A stretch of 64,000 bases of DNA from Fimicolochytrium jonesii (taxonomy: Eukaryota): NCBI RefSeq assembly GCF_025526975.1, contig NW_026515674.1, positions 682,001-746,000 on the forward strand, read 5' to 3'. The notes below the pieces were generated by a model. That model ran no database searches and was not told the origin of the DNA. It was given only the letters and a program-made list of their open reading frames with translations. Each line of letters begins with the position of its first letter. The first letter of the stretch is position 1. Both the position numbers and the translations under genes were made by a program. This document shows positions 1-13,786 of the stretch, piece after piece.

Positions 1-765
1 GGGGTTACTGCCAAACGTGCCGAAATTGCCTGGACTGTTGCCGCCGGTTGTGTAGTTATTGGAATTGCCGCGTGAGTATCCTCGCCGAATTGGGATAGGG
101 AAGTTAGAGGGATTGAATGCTGGGACAGAGACGGCTGGATGCATGAACTGCTGCTGTGCGTATGGTGTTTGTGTTGTATATGGCATCGACGTATAAGCGT
201 GGAGTTGGGGATTCGCATGTTGTGGGTGACCGGCCAACGTAGTTGGGTAGAAAGGTGCCTGCTGTAGCGCTGGCTGCTGATGCAGCTGATACTGAGTGGG
301 AGGTACCGATATTGGATTGGCAGTTGAGTAATAGTTTTGCTGCAGCGGTGGCATCGTCAGTCCCCCAAGGTGGCTCAAGGCTAGCGCTGGGTAGTTAAGC
401 TGTTGTGCCAATGAGGTCCCAGTCATCATCTGCGTCATTTCATGCGCTGCGCCTGACCGGACTGCGGGCGTCTGCGCTGAAAACGATGGCGCATTGACCG
501 AGGACGTGCCTGCAGAAGGGACCTGCGTAACGTGTGGTGCAGCTGTCGGCATCGGAGCAAGCGCATATCGCGGATCTTTCCATGGCTCATATGGTGGGTG
601 GGGCAGTGGAGGAACAAGGGCGGTTGGGTATACTGTCGGTGGTGTCGGTGGTCGTGCTGGAAGGAGAAGGAAGTCTTCCGAGGAACCGTCGTCGTTTTCG
701 TCTCGCAAGATGTTGAGGTGAGGTTGAGGGGGTGGCAAAGGAAGGGAGACAGTTGCGGTAGCCAT
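1..765 (-). CDS. 5' part of an unknown Pro/Gln/Ala-rich low-complexity protein (runs off the window start)
   Basis: Open frame from ATG at 765 (MATATVSLPLPPPQPHLNILRDENDDGSSEDF...YAQQQFMHPAVS...) with no stop found before position 1, which would explain its absence from the ORF track. No recognisable domain. Confidence 0.6.
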   Translation of the reverse strand, partial: MATATVSLPLPPPQPHLNILRDENDDGSSEDFLLLPARPPTPPTVYPTALVPPLPHPPYEPWKDPRYALAPMPTAAPHVTQVPSAGTSSVNAPSFSAQTPAVRSGAAHEMTQMMTGTSLAQQLNYPALALSHLGGLTMPPLQQNYYSTANPISVPPTQYQLHQQPALQQAPFYPTTLAGHPQHANPQLHAYTSMPYTTQTPYAQQQFMHPAVSVPAFNPSNFPIPIRRGYSRGNSNNYTTGGNSPGNFGTFGSNP

Positions 766-1331
766 TTTGAAGAGTCCGAACTCTCCGCTGCGTTTTCAAC
801 CGTCTCTAAGCTTGGAGCCACTGAAGCGGCGATCGATAACTCTGCTGTAATTGGGTAGCGGGATGTCCGCCGCTAAGCCAATTATCGTTTTGTAGTGAGG
901 AGCCTATCAGTGAGAAAAGCCGACACGCATATGTAAGAGCGAAAGTGGTTTCTACCGAGTTCTCATGTTGGTCAGCAATGCGGCGGATTTTAAGAGTGCT
1001 GGTTCGATTCCCGACACTAGCAAAAACCCTCACGAAGGTGCAGCATCAACTTCAGCACAGCAGTAAAAAGGTCGGATTCTAGAGATTTCATAATAAAGTC
1101 ACTTTCTTCTGAAGCAAACCTCCTCCATCGCCGGTCGCACAATTGACGTTTGTGAAGCTCTGATGTTTTTGCAACATGATATGCTTTATTATTTTTCGTA
1201 TGTATATACAAAATTGTTGGCGACATGAAGTTGCTTCGTTGCCATACCCCAAAGGACCTTCCCAATGCTCCCACATGCGATCGAATCATTCCATATTGTT
1301 AAGCTAACTCTCCAGATTTTGGGACAGCGAT

Positions 1332-2671
1332 TCACTTGGGGGTGTCAGCGATCCTGTACGCCAGCTTCTTTCCGCTGACCTTGTCCTTCCTCAACAAATC
1401 CAAGCCGTCGATGATACCCTTCAATCCCTTCTCCTTAACCTCAAGAGGGTGGGGCTTCAGCTTCCCGCCCGCGAGCAGCTTTTCCGAAATCTCCCAGAAC
1501 TTGGTAGCGTAGGCGTAGTCCTCTGGGATCGCATCCTTGGTGACGCCGAAGGTGGAGAAGGGCTCGCCGAAAGCGGTGTAGGCGAGGGTGGAGGTCCAGC
1601 TGACGTCGTCGCGTGGCGCTTTGGTGGGCAGGAGGCCAGAGTACTTTCCTTTGGGCGCAAGCACGCCGGCGGAGATTTTGGCCGAGCCTTCGAGGGAGAT
1701 GGTGTCGAAGACGTGGGTGAGGCTGTTGTTGGTGGCGGCTTTGATCTTGTTGATCACCTCAGGGTCGTTCTGTGCGGTGGAGAATCGTGCGTGAGTTCGA
1801 CGTGGTGCTTCATCTATAGTTCTTCCATATACAGCAGTGACGCATCCGAAAACTTACGTAGTCAAAGACCTCATCGGCACCCAATGACTTTACCAAGTCA
1901 AAGTTCCTCGGCGAGCAGGTAGTGATGACCTTCCATCCCACCAGCTTCGCATACTGAATCGCAAGAGTACCCGTAGCAGTGGATCCACCATACACCAAGA
2001 TGGTGCCTTTGGGCCCGTTCTCCCCAGGCAAAGGCAGGCCCAGGGTCTGGAAGAGGCCTTGCGCGACCGTGGTCACACCTACGCCGAGCGTAGCAGCCTC
2101 CTCGAATGAGAAGTTAGCGGGCTTGTGGATGGCCACACCAGTCTTAGCGATGATGTATTCACCGAAGGCGCCGCGATCGATGGGACCGGTCTTGGAGCCA
2201 TGAACTACAGGAACACAACACATTGTGAACGGATGCTGATGATTAGCCCCCATGTCGATGCGTAGTACCCACCCTAACATTACCCTACATACCAGCGCCA
2301 GCAATATCGTCGCCAACCTTGAACTGACGAGTCAAATTCTTGCCAACCTTAACAACGGTTCCGGCATAGTCACAACCAACGCGGGTGCCGGCCTTAGCCG
2401 AGTAGTCGATGTGCCTGTGAATGCACAAAATGTGGGGTCAGGCGCTAAATCCAGCTCAACTCCGATGCTACATCTCCCTATCCTTCATCAACGTCGCAAA
2501 ACGATATGTGACTTACTTCCAGTCGGTGGGGTTCAACGCAACCGCGACGGTTTTGACGAGAACGTAGTCATCAGGGATCTCGGGGATGGCTGCATCGGTG
2601 ACGACTTCAGCCTTGCCTTGCTCCTTGATGTTGACAGAGATCTGCTTAGTAGGGATGCTTTCGGATGCCAT
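1332..2671 (-). CDS. Zinc-independent MDR-family enoyl reductase-like oxidoreductase (LovC/TOXD-like), spliced
   Basis: Exons give VLVKTVAVALNPTD, GCDYAG, GAFGEY, FEEAATLGVGVTT, ILVYGGSTATG..AIQYAKL, TTCSPRNFDLVKSLGADEVFDY, and GLKGIIDGLDLLRKDKVSGKKL. Confidence 0.9.
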
Positions 2672-3715
2672 TTTGATAATTGGGTATGTGAATGCGTGAA
2701 GATAGTTGTTGAGTTGTTATGAGAAGGTCCTGGTACTCCCCGTCCCCGTCCCTCTTTATATGCCCTCATCGGAAGCTTCGTTTTGTGGCGAGCTGGGGAT
2801 GCGTGCATGGCACATTACGCACAAATTGTACGCATTTCAAATCATGGCGGCTTTACCGGCATCGATTGCGCCATCCTCCACCCCCCACAAAGTTCTCATG
2901 GAAGTGCCCGAGGACATCGCCCAACGCAGCCGATTTCACTGCACACATGCACTGCCAGGGATGGTAGTTGGTGGATGAGATCGCGCAAACACACCACAAC
3001 AATGCATTCATGGAAATCGCTTTCTAATCCACCTGAACCTGTGCGGTGTACGTTGGAACTTCGACTTGTGAAACACGGGTTTTCCCAAAGTCCGCCGGCC
3101 GTCTTTCGCTCTTTCTCTTTCTTTTCTGGGATATCAAGTTGGAAGACGCGCCCCACTTGAAATTGAGCATTTGTCATCGCGTGTTTGGGCACTCCGCCGT
3201 TACACTGGCTCCAGGTGCAAGCCTCGAGCGGGCTTTCAATCCTCTTCAACTTGCCACACTATCATTATCTTTGAGTACGGCCGGGGGGATCCATATCGTA
3301 TGTATGTATGTACATACATAGTGGCGTAGGAGATCGAGTTGCGACAGAGAAACTGCAACAAAGAAATCACTTCTAACATGATGACAAATACATACGAGCC
3401 ACATCGATCCCAGTCTGGCAAGCTCGCTGCAAGCCTTCAAGCCTCAATCCAATGCACTCTTTTTAGAGATCTGTTGTCCACACAGCTTATCTCAGAACCA
3501 TGCTCGTGGTTTGTATCATCACGAATGTGTCCTGTTACTCAAAATAATGTCAGTCCTTTTTGACAGCTTTCTGACGGCTATGTGTTCGTGAAGGCGAAAT
3601 GTGCAGAATCAGCGAAAATTGTATTCTTGATGTAAAGGTCTGAGCGCCAGAGCCTCCAGATGAGGCTCGTCCCGCCTATATACCACGGCTCATCCTATCT
3701 AGTGATGAAATTACG

Positions 3716-6700
3716 CTATTGTGGTGTCGCGTCACATCCTGAGTACCCCTTGTCTTTCGGTATCCCTTTTCCTCCAGCTGCATTACCACCTGCTCCTGGG
3801 TTTATTACGGGAAGGTGTCCTACTCCTACGGTTGATGCTATCGATACTGTGTGGGGCTGCTTTGCGATGAGCAGCGACGGTAGTGTTAATGATTCCTGAT
3901 TGGTGGATGGAGGAGGTCAGTTTACAAGTGCGACGCAGGGGAAGAGTGAAACCAATGGTTCCATACCTTAGTTCGGGTTTTGTGGTCAGTGGTGTTGTAT
4001 TGTTGCTTGGAGGTATGTTGCGTCAGGGATGGAAGCGTTGTTGGCGCTTGGTGGGATTGATACGAGGGTATGGATTTTGACGTCGAGGTGGATTCTACAT
4101 GGATACTTGGTAGCTGCATGAGATTGTTGAGAGCACGTCAGTGAGGATGTCTAAGATCGGAGCCATTTGTGCAAAAGACGAGACGCGCAATGTAGCCACA
4201 TACTTTGCTGCCCTGCGGACCAGTAATAGCATTCTTCCCCACCACCGCGGAACCCCAATTCGTCTTTTGCGTCGCGAGGTGCTGCTGCGACCCTTTCTTG
4301 TCGTCGCCTCTTGCTCTGAACTTTGCGTAAAACGGCGATGAGCCCGTTGAACCGTGGGCCGCTGCCGCTGCCGTCAGAGCCGCAGTGAAGTTGACCTGCG
4401 TCGGCACGAGGGAGGGATTAGTGGTGTCGGAAGCGCGTGGTGCGATGGGTGGTAGGTTGAGAGTGGCGTTGGTAGAAGGTGCTTGCTGTTGTTGATGTGA
4501 TGATGGTATTTGTTGTGGTTGCCGTAGTGGTGGTTGTTGCTGCTGTTTCTGTGACTGTGGCTGTGGCTGCGGGACGGGTACTCGGCCAGGAACATGTTGC
4601 GCGACGGCCATGAGGGTGCCGCTGGGTGCGGATGCATCGACGTTATTCGCTACGTGCGCAGGTGCAGCCGCATGGTCGCGGGCCAGCCGCTGTTGCTGCT
4701 GCTGCGTGGGAGCTGCTACTGGTGCCGCAGCCGCCGGCGCAGGCTGTGGTGGAATTTGTTGCGGATGTGATTTTTTGGCGGATTTGCGTAATGCCGCTGC
4801 ATCGGAGGGTTTGCTCGACGCGACGATCGTGGGCACGGTCGGCTCGGGTATCTGGACCAGGACCTTAGTGGGCTTAATATATGTACTTGAGCCGTGCGCT
4901 TCTTTCGTCGTTTCAGTCTGGATCCGACATCATCGAGTAAGCGTAAAACCCAAGGTCAGTCGCAAGCTCCATGCAGAACACAGATCTGTATACCAGCTGT
5001 CTCACCTCCGCCTTCTTGGTAGAATGCTCCGCCTTCGCATGCTGCTGATGTGGCACATTCTCTTTATCCTTCTCCTTTTGCACCGCAGCACCGGCGACAA
5101 TCGCCGCCCCAACGCCGGGAATCTGAGGTAACGAGGGATGCTTCTTCTTCCCCGATTTGAACCTCGTAGACGCCGATCGGCCCGACCGCGTCAGATCTAC
5201 ATCGGACCCCCCTGCTGTAGCGGCAACATCTTTGAAATAGGCGTAGCGGAGCGCCTCCCGGGAATTTATCCTGATGAAGCCGATGAGAACTTTAGAGACG
5301 ATACCTGTGAATCACGGACCATTGATGCTCGAAATACTACGTACCTTATTTCCGGATTATATGCGAGCATCGCATTTATCAGGTCCACACAGTCTGAGCC
5401 CACATGCGGTACCAGCGATCTGATCCCTGTTCCTTCCTTTGCCGGAAAGTTGTACTTCAGAGCCGCTGCTTGCGACCTAAGCTCGCCAAGGGAGAAAACA
5501 TGCCTCGGTTTGAACAGCCTCTCCTAGCTTGCACGCCTTCGAGCCAATTTCCACGCCGACAACAACTCACCCCACAATCCCCTTCAAAACCTCCCTCGGC
5601 GGCGTCCCCAGCACAGCATGTATCCGATGCAGCTGATCCAACTCATTACTCCCCGGAAACAGTGGCACTTTCGCCACAATCTCAAACAGTACGCATCCGG
5701 CGCCCCATATGTCCATCTTGAACCCATACAGTCCCTCCGTGAGCAAGCATTCTGGTGGGCGATACCACCGCGTCGCGATGTATTCGGTGTACGGTGGTTT
5801 GCTGTGGATTCCGCGGCAGGAGCCAAAGTCCGCGAGTTTTACCGTGTCGTTTTTTATTAAGATGTTCTGGGGAAGAGATTTGAGCACCGAACGGAATGCA
5901 TACGTAACAGACAAGAACCATTTGGTGGATACTGCACATACCTCAGGTTTGATATCCCGATGGAAGATGCCCTTCCTAAAGCATAAAGTAGGTCCCATGA
6001 GCGCCTGACTCCGGAGCTCCCAGGCCGCGACATGCATTCGTGCTTCTGGGGCAACATATAAAAGGCGCTGCAGTTTCCTTCTGCTTACCCGTGAATATAC
6101 TCCAACGCCTTGCAAATCTGCCACATAACGACCCTCGCCCTCGACTCTGTGAAAGCGGTCGCCGTCTTGCGCTGCGAGATCATCTCGTACAGGTTGCAGT
6201 CCATCAGCTCAAAATTTAGGGAGAGGATGCCGTGTTTTGGTTCACTGAAGGTTCGAAATGGACAGAGATGCACGAAAGTGATAAGTGTTGAGACACACGG
6301 AACGAGACATAGGTGGTGGTGACCGAATGGAAATTTTCCATAATACGCACAATATGACATCTTCGAGATCGATGATGTGTGGATGCGGGTTGAGGCGGCG
6401 GAGCGCTTGGATTTCTCGGAGAGTTTCGATTTCTTCCATGCTGAAAGACATAGGCGGCGTGTCAGTATTGCACGAATAGTCGCCGAAAACCCTCAGATGT
6501 ACCACAACCTACCTCTTGAAGTGCTTACGAAACCGTTTCATCGCCGAAACTTTCCCCGTCTTTTTCTGCTTCACTTTCAGAACCTCGGAGAAGGTGCCCT
6601 CGCCGAGTTTGCACATTAAGCGGAAGTCTGGTGGGACGTGGTTAACATAAGCGACCATACTCGTGCCACTTTCAATGAACAAGTGTCGGACGGCTCCGTT

Positions 6701-6892
6701 CATATCGCCGACATGGGTCGACCAGTCGCGACATGTCCCTGAAATAGTGACCTTCGTCCCCGCTTGGTCGGCAAGAACCGGCCACTCCTTCAATTCTAGC
6801 TCTTCCATATGTCTCCTCTACATCGAGACCGCATTGCCGTCCACGCTGTTTGCAATGATGCACGCCTCATGAAGCCCCACCCGTCTGTCCAT
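3716..6892 (-). CDS. MOK: MOK/RAGE-like CMGC Ser/Thr kinase (LF4-type ciliary length regulator) with a long disordered Gln/Ala/Pro-rich C-terminus; multi-exon, both ends approximate
   Basis: KLGEGTFSEVLK, LREIQALRRLNPHPHI, FELMDCNLYE, IFHRDIKPENIL, KLADFGSCRGIHSKPPYTEYIATRWYRPPECLL and KMDIWGAGCV. The DFGSCR...PYTEY signature is characteristic of MOK. Confidence 0.85.
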
Positions 6893-8452
6893 AGTTCAGA
6901 GTGTTGCTTTTGCCCGCTTCCTGCCCCACAGTTTGACCCTCTTCATTCTCCCGTCAGCGCATCCTAACATCTCCACTCCCCAGCATCCCGCCTAGAAATC
7001 CCTCAAAAACTCGCAACCGAACTCACCCTCCAACTTCCCACCCGCGGCCCCTCCCGTAAGCGCCGCACTCCCAGCAGGCCGCTCTGACCCATCTTCTTTC
7101 GTCGGCATCTATGCACGGATCTATCAGTCCGTTGAGTGGGTTCGTTTCGGTATATGCCCGTCAATGGATCAATGGACGAGGTAGATGCAATCCCAGATGG
7201 GCGTGGATGGTCGGTGGTGGGTACGTAATTCGCCCTGAAACCTCTCCCCTGTCACTCTCGTTGTCCAGATGCCTGTCGGGTTTGCTCGACTGTAGATGCG
7301 CGATGTGTCGAACTAAAATCAGAGAAGTTATCCAGCAGTCAGCTATTGCTCTCCAGGCTCGCTCGCTGTCGTCTCAGCCACTTTGGATGGCACACAGGAT
7401 GCCATGACATGCCATGGGTGGTCTAAAGATTGACGGGACGCGCCAATACCCACACTCACCTATCAGTCCTCCTAAACCTGCCTCTTTCTCGAGCAAAATG
7501 TGAATCGGGCCGCTTACAACCTTCTTCGTAGTATGGAAGGCGCTGTGCTTCTCTTTCTATCGTCTAATCCACAAGAATGAAAGGCGCTGTTATATGTCAC
7601 TGACTAGCTGAATTGCACGAATAACGCTCCAGTCATTTCTCGGGTAAGCACTATCGGACACGAAAAGCACCAAGCGAGGAGTAAGAAAACAGCGTACGCT
7701 TAAAAATTAAAGGAAAAAAAGAAACAGGAGAATGGGGCTTTCACTTGTTACCCCTTTTCCCATCTTCTAAATGTCCGTCCGAGTTTCCTTCTACTGGCAC
7801 CATTTTTTACAGACAAGCGTAAAAAGGTAGTATCGATGCTTCGCTTTTGCGCTCGAAACGCCGAAAAAGCTCCGAGGCATGCTGTCAATGGAAGGGAGTA
7901 TAACAAACGACATATCTGACGTAAGCGGAATGACAGCGCGTTGCTGTCAACCCTCGCTTCGTCCGTTGAGTTGATTTTTTCCCATCATGCGAACTTCTCC
8001 GGCGAATATCAGCGGAGACCTTGTCTCCCTGACGCAGGCATGCATTCATATTGTGGCCCCATGCGTAAGAGACCACCGAAAAGCCAGAATAGGACGGCCG
8101 TGGTTGTAGCCGAAAAGACCGTCGACATCAACACACCACCAAAAGAAACGACAAATACAGCGAGTAAAAAGGTTTTTTTCCTTCAAAACGAGGAGAAAGA
8201 ATAAAAGTTGGAAGTGAAGGAAACAATAATACACAGACAAGCACGCGCACGCATCTTCTTTTTTTCTACATCTACAATTCGTAGGTGTGGGGAATTTGCC
8301 ATGCCCAGGACGAAACTGGGTGGACATGTCACGGGCGGGTGTGAGAGGTGCCTTGGAAGAGCGAGGGAAGGGGTTGGGAGTTTGGCGGAAGGTGGTTTGG
8401 GGGTCGGTTGGTATGGGATGAGGTTGGAGGGCAGCACTTTAATTCCAAGTTT

Positions 8453-10318
8453 TTAAGACGCATCCGACACAGTCGACTCCTTCTCCACGCTTCCCTTCCC
8501 CGCAGCAGCACCATCAACACCATTAGCAAGGGGCACTTTGGCAGCAATACCCTCCGCCCACTCCTTCTTGCTCTTCCCCTTCAACAGCGCAGCGATGACG
8601 ACGGTCATGTTGTCGCAGCCGACCCCGCCGAGTTCACTGTCGGGCGCGAGACAGTGGTCCATGAGCTGCTCGCAGATCTGGGGCAGATCCGTGCCTTCGG
8701 CAATCTTTTGTCGAACAAAATCGATCACTTCTTGGTTGGACATGCAGTCCCAGATTCCTGGAGAGAGACAACGAGTGTCAACATCGGTCCGAAAAAGTAT
8801 GATAAGCAACTCTGCGCTTTCTCGGTGTCATATTGGCCTATGTGCTCCTCGGCCGAACCCCTCTTCCAGCGAATGCCTGAGCATGCCACGAGCTGCTTCC
8901 GAGTCCCACAGATCGAATAGTACGTACCATCGCATGCAATGACGACAAATTCATCAGTATCCTCCAACTTGCGCTCAGTAACGTCTGGGTTCGCCGTGAC
9001 GATCTGCTGCTCAGGGGGCAGATTGGAGTTCTGCTTGAACTCAAAGTCACCGATGGCGCGGGACAAGGCAAGGTTTCCTGTAGTTTCCGAAAGGACGAGG
9101 TAATTTTGTATTGAGCAACGTCGAAGTTCAATGATGCCAAAATGCTGACCATGGCCCAGGATATTCAGGCAAAGCGAGACTCACCGTTCACACGACCAAA
9201 CTCCACAAAACCTCCAGCTGCGACAATTCGCTGGGATTCCTCTGCGGGAATAGAATGACATGTGGATAATTAGTCTCATGCGTTTGCAACGTTCAGTGTG
9301 TGTTGTCCGCGTGCCGGAATTCCGCGGTATGCATATTCTTGTTTACCTGGATTGACCGGCTTATGGTCGAAGGATAGCGGGACAGCGGTCCCGTTGCCGG
9401 ACAGGACGGCCCTCGAGTCACCAGCATTGGCCACGAATATACGCCAGTCGTCGGTAATGATCGCAGCGACTGCTGTGCATCCAGAAGGGTCCATTTGGAA
9501 GTTCTCGTCTATGGAAATTGAAGGAGTGAGCAAAATGCCTGACGTTTTTGGCGAATCCCCAGACGATTGAGAGACGACTCCGAGAATTCAAAAATTTTCG
9601 AACCCTCTTCCATAGTTTTCTCAAGTCGAAAAACGCTCGGCCCACTCACCGGCACGCAAATCCACGTCCGTCCCCAAGAATCCAGCCTTCAATGCAACGG
9701 CATAATCCTCCTTTCCATAAGCCTCTTCCTGTGCTACACGTCCATGCACCTTCTGTCCACTATATCTTGCCACGTTTGAACCCCCATGCCCGTCGTACAC
9801 TGCAAAGAATGATATGTGCTTCCCAGCCTCTGGTCCACCCATTTTCAGAATGGTCGTATGGGCGTCCTCCATGCCTGTTGGGAGAAATTGGATTGATGAG
9901 TGTGACTGTAAGCGCAGAAGTGGGAGAGTGCGCGGAGAAGAGAATGCTGTCGCTATGGCCGCTATGCGGAGTCTGGAGTGGTAAATCCCAACGGCCCAGT
10001 CCCTCGACTTATATTGCACCTACGGTGCAATTCCTCACGCAACCTTGTGCCATTGCCATGATCCCCCGGCAGCCTTTATACAACATTGCGTCCAAGAGCG
10101 CAGAAGGTTGGCCCTTTCTATGTCCGAGGCTGCTGCCACGTCCACGGTCCGCGCGGATTTATTCAGATTCACCCTCCTCGTTGGATTCTCGTCCATCGTT
10201 CCACTCGATACATACTTATTCTCCAACCTTGCATTGCGCTAGCACCATAAGCGATACGCTCGTCCTCGTCGGAGGAGCTATGCTTTTCCGTGATCGGCTC
10301 CGAGAGTGTTTGACCCAT
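8453..10318 (-). CDS. PTC2: Protein phosphatase 2C (Ptc2/Ptc3-like), spliced
   Basis: MGQTLSEP start, [63 protein letters not shown] and GCDNMT. Confidence 0.93.
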
Positions 10319-11337
10319 GTCGCTGTCGTCCAAGTCGATAAGATTGTGAGATGTGGTCTTTTCGGTGACGGAAAGGTCGAGATGCAAGGGAGCAGTAGTT
10401 GAGTCTGGAGGGAGGTGGGCGCCCTTTTGGAGGCGCTTGTCCCTTAGCGACGCTTGAGAAGCAAGAATTTGGGGCGACCGCGGACTGAGGGGCAGCGGCG
10501 GCGAGAGTGCGTGGTTGCAGGCTTGCGTGTTTGGGATGGGAAGCGAGGATGGATCAAAGTGTTGCGGGTTGGCAGGGGCACGAACGAGTCCGATGTTGTG
10601 CGGCTCGCGAAGAGGGGCAGAATAGGCGCGGCTTTATTACTTGTGGGCTCAATCGCGGGAAGTTGGGACTGCTTCTTCTGATGAGACGTATACACTTTCT
10701 GGCAGGCAGAAGAAAAGCTGGCCGGTCTTCACGACGACTTCCTTCTTGGTGCGAGGGAAAAGAAAACCTATGTCTGTGGGGCGACCATAGCACACGGGTG
10801 ACGGGACCCGAATATGGCATAGGGCATCGCCATACGTGTGCTGCTACCCTACTGTTGCTGCTGTGTTGGTGTCGTCATGGTTCCACACTGACGGTTAGGG
10901 TTGGGGCCTCAAGTATTGTGTACAATGTGGAGCGAAACCCATTTGCGAAATGATTAGTAGAGCCATGCAATTTGATTAGGACCTTTCGCAAAAGAATTCA
11001 TTCAAAGCCCGAAGATTTTAATTGCTATGCGGTCACGTCGAGTTGTCGAGGTGCATTTGGGTGCCGTTCTGCTGCCCTGCTGTATGCGAACCCCGGCGTG
11101 GTGATGTGCCTCTCGCCAGACAGATGTACAGTACAGAAGCACCTCGGATACCGGGACAGTCGGCAACCAAGGAACTTCAACCTTACTTCTAGGGAACATC
11201 TTGAACAAAGGCATATTACGTTCTCCGACGTTCTGACTACAATCACATATGCACCACATACGCCGACCATAACCAAAAGGCCGACGCCAGACGGAGCGTC
11301 TTCTACGACACATACAGAGTGAAAAATATCCCCATTC

Positions 11338-12740
11338 TCAAACGCTGATCTTCACAATATCCCCCGTCACATCACTCGCGACGTATAGCGTCGAGTTTCC
11401 CACCAGCGCGATCCCCGTTGGTCTGAAACATCCGCTGGGGCACCGGAGTTGATTATCATTCCACAAGAGTCTGTCCGTGACGCGATCGACTTTCGGGGTG
11501 CCGCCGGGTGCTGAGAATGGTAGACGCACCACCGCGTAGCCAGAAGGAATGTCGCGGTTCCAACTTCCGCGGAGAGAGATGAGCATATCGCCGGTGCTGG
11601 GCTGGAACTCCAGGTCTATGGGAGTCGAGTGCGCTGATATCGCAGCATCTGGCGGTTTGACATTGGCTGGGGATTGGCACCATGCGTCTGTGTGTGTGCC
11701 GTCGTTCTATGAAATGGCGGAGATAGATGAGATGACATATCCCTGAAAGCCATAAACCAGATGACCGCAGAGTATCTTACCAGTGAATCAGGCCACGCAT
11801 ACATCTTCCCAACCGTCGGGCTATCAGCAAAGGTCCCGGTCAAGTTCCCCGCAGGGAAACAGAACGGATATCCATAGAATCTTGGCTGATCAAACAGGTA
11901 AACGTTCTCCACCGGACTATCCTGATGCAGGTCCGCCGTCAAATCCGTCCTCTGCAGATCATCAGGGCCCGTAACAGCACCCCAAAGCTTTCCACCGGCA
12001 TCAAAGTTCATCGCAATGCAGTTGCGCACGCCGTCCGCCCATATCTGCCCCTGCTGAAAATCAAATGGGGTGCCGGTGTATGTCCTGTACGGAAACCGAC
12101 GAACTCGAGCGCGCTGTGAACTCGTATCCACGTTGGCTTCGCTGCCGACCGAGACGTACATGAAGCTCCCATCAAGGACCACGCTACGAGTTACGTGGCC
12201 AGTAGCGGTTGCCCCAGGGGTCCCGAGCTGGATTCCGCTGTCGATGTTTCTGACGATATTCTCGCGCGCGTCTGGCGCGGCGATGGTGCCGTTGGTGTAC
12301 TTCCATCTATACACGTCAGTGACGCTGCTGGCGTACATATAACCATCGTGGACGGCAAACCCGTGATTGAGGCCCAGATTGGCGGAAGAAACATCCAACA
12401 GCACCGTTTTCGAGTTGTCGGCCTTTGAAGGGGCAGCAACGGCGATCGCAACGACTTGCTGCGGGTCCCGCGCAAATGCGAGTAGGTTGCCTGTCGCGCT
12501 GTCAAACACCAAAGCGCGGATGCCAGATAAGCCGTTGGCTACAAGCTTCGGCGTCCCGAGTGCGGATGAAAGCCCTGGGTAAGGTTGAAGGGTGCCAGGG
12601 CCTTGGCTCACACCGTGGGTATCGCGCTTTCGCAGTCCGAGAACAAGGCCGACAACGAGACCGGTGATGAGCATCGCGCCGAGGATTGAGAAGAGAATGG
12701 TTCTCTTCGAAAACCACCCTGAACGTTTCAAGGCGGCCAT
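11338..12740 (-). CDS. PQQ-dependent sugar dehydrogenase (glucose/sorbosone dehydrogenase, AA12-like beta-propeller) with N-terminal membrane anchor; at least one intron near 11.7-11.8 kb
   Basis: GLNHG, GHVTRS, YVSVGSEANVD, GVRNC, FYGYPFC, HSTP, GSWNR and CFRPTGIA..LYVASD motifs; hydrophobic segment ILFSILGAMLITGLVVGLVLGL. Confidence 0.8.
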
Positions 12741-13786
12741 GGTGGGCTAGATAGGCAGTCGCTGTAGGTGGATTGAACGACGTCACACACGTCTAAGGTT
12801 GCGCTTATTTCTTCGGTCTGAAAAAGAACGCGCCGTTGGCTACTGACACTCTTCTATACGAGAACGGTGGTAGTAGTTTGTTCAAGCGGTATTCCTAACT
12901 TGGGACCGATCCGAAGAAATCGAGCATTCTTTATGGAAGCTCTCCTCCACAAATTATGGACTCCCAATGGTGACAACGCCTCTCCTTCTCCTTTGATGCG
13001 GAGACGCGTCCGTTCGATCCCTGCTTATGTGCTCTTTTCTGAGCTTCTGCAAGCACACCATATGAGGACTCAGGAGGCTACCGCTTTGTCTTCCCCACCA
13101 TGGGGTCTGGGCATCCGAATTTACTACTCTCAGGCTACGAGAGGCTGCCACTACTGAGACTGAGAAGGCTTGAGAATGCCAAACCTAAAAACCTTATTTT
13201 CCCGCGCGTTTCGCGCTTGGCATTTTGTGCGTTTGCAAGGAAGGGCATTGGTCGACAACCGTCAAAAAAAGCAGAGATTGGTCATTGAGTACTGTACCTC
13301 GAGAAAACTCCGTCAATCCACTTTGTCCCGTTCAGAGGCACTCTCACCGGGATGCGCTTCGACACCAAAAACTTTCTCGCGCTACACCCTCCAACATACG
13401 ATACAGCAGCATCATGAACTAACCCTCCGGTTCGTCTACGACCTTCCTCAGGTCTTCCTCGCAAACCTGACTTTCAGGCATAACGAGCCTACTGTACGCA
13501 CTGTTGACGCCAAAGCCCGCCGAAGGCCTCGAGGAGGGTCAAGCGGGGCGTCGAAAAAATCATCTTTATGGTGTACTGCGGGAGGTCACCCGTTATCCGA
13601 TTGTCGATCTGGACATGTGCATTGCAATCCCCGCGGGGAAAAAGCGATGACACACACCGTGTCACCATTCCTCCATTTATGCTGAGCGCCAGGTCTAAGA
13701 CAAGCACAGTCTCAGACCAATCTTGAGAACCTTACAGTACAACCTTTATAACCAAACAGGGCTCAGCGAGCACCACAGAGAAACCG

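Noticed and set aside
1332..2671. Secondary-metabolite cluster around the enoyl reductase
   Set aside because: No PKS/NRPS or tailoring genes nearby in this window.
3299..3319. TATGTATGTACATACATA palindrome and similar (TACA)n tracts at ~27495, ~53290 and ~57135
   Set aside because: Simple microsatellite-type sequence with no supportable function.
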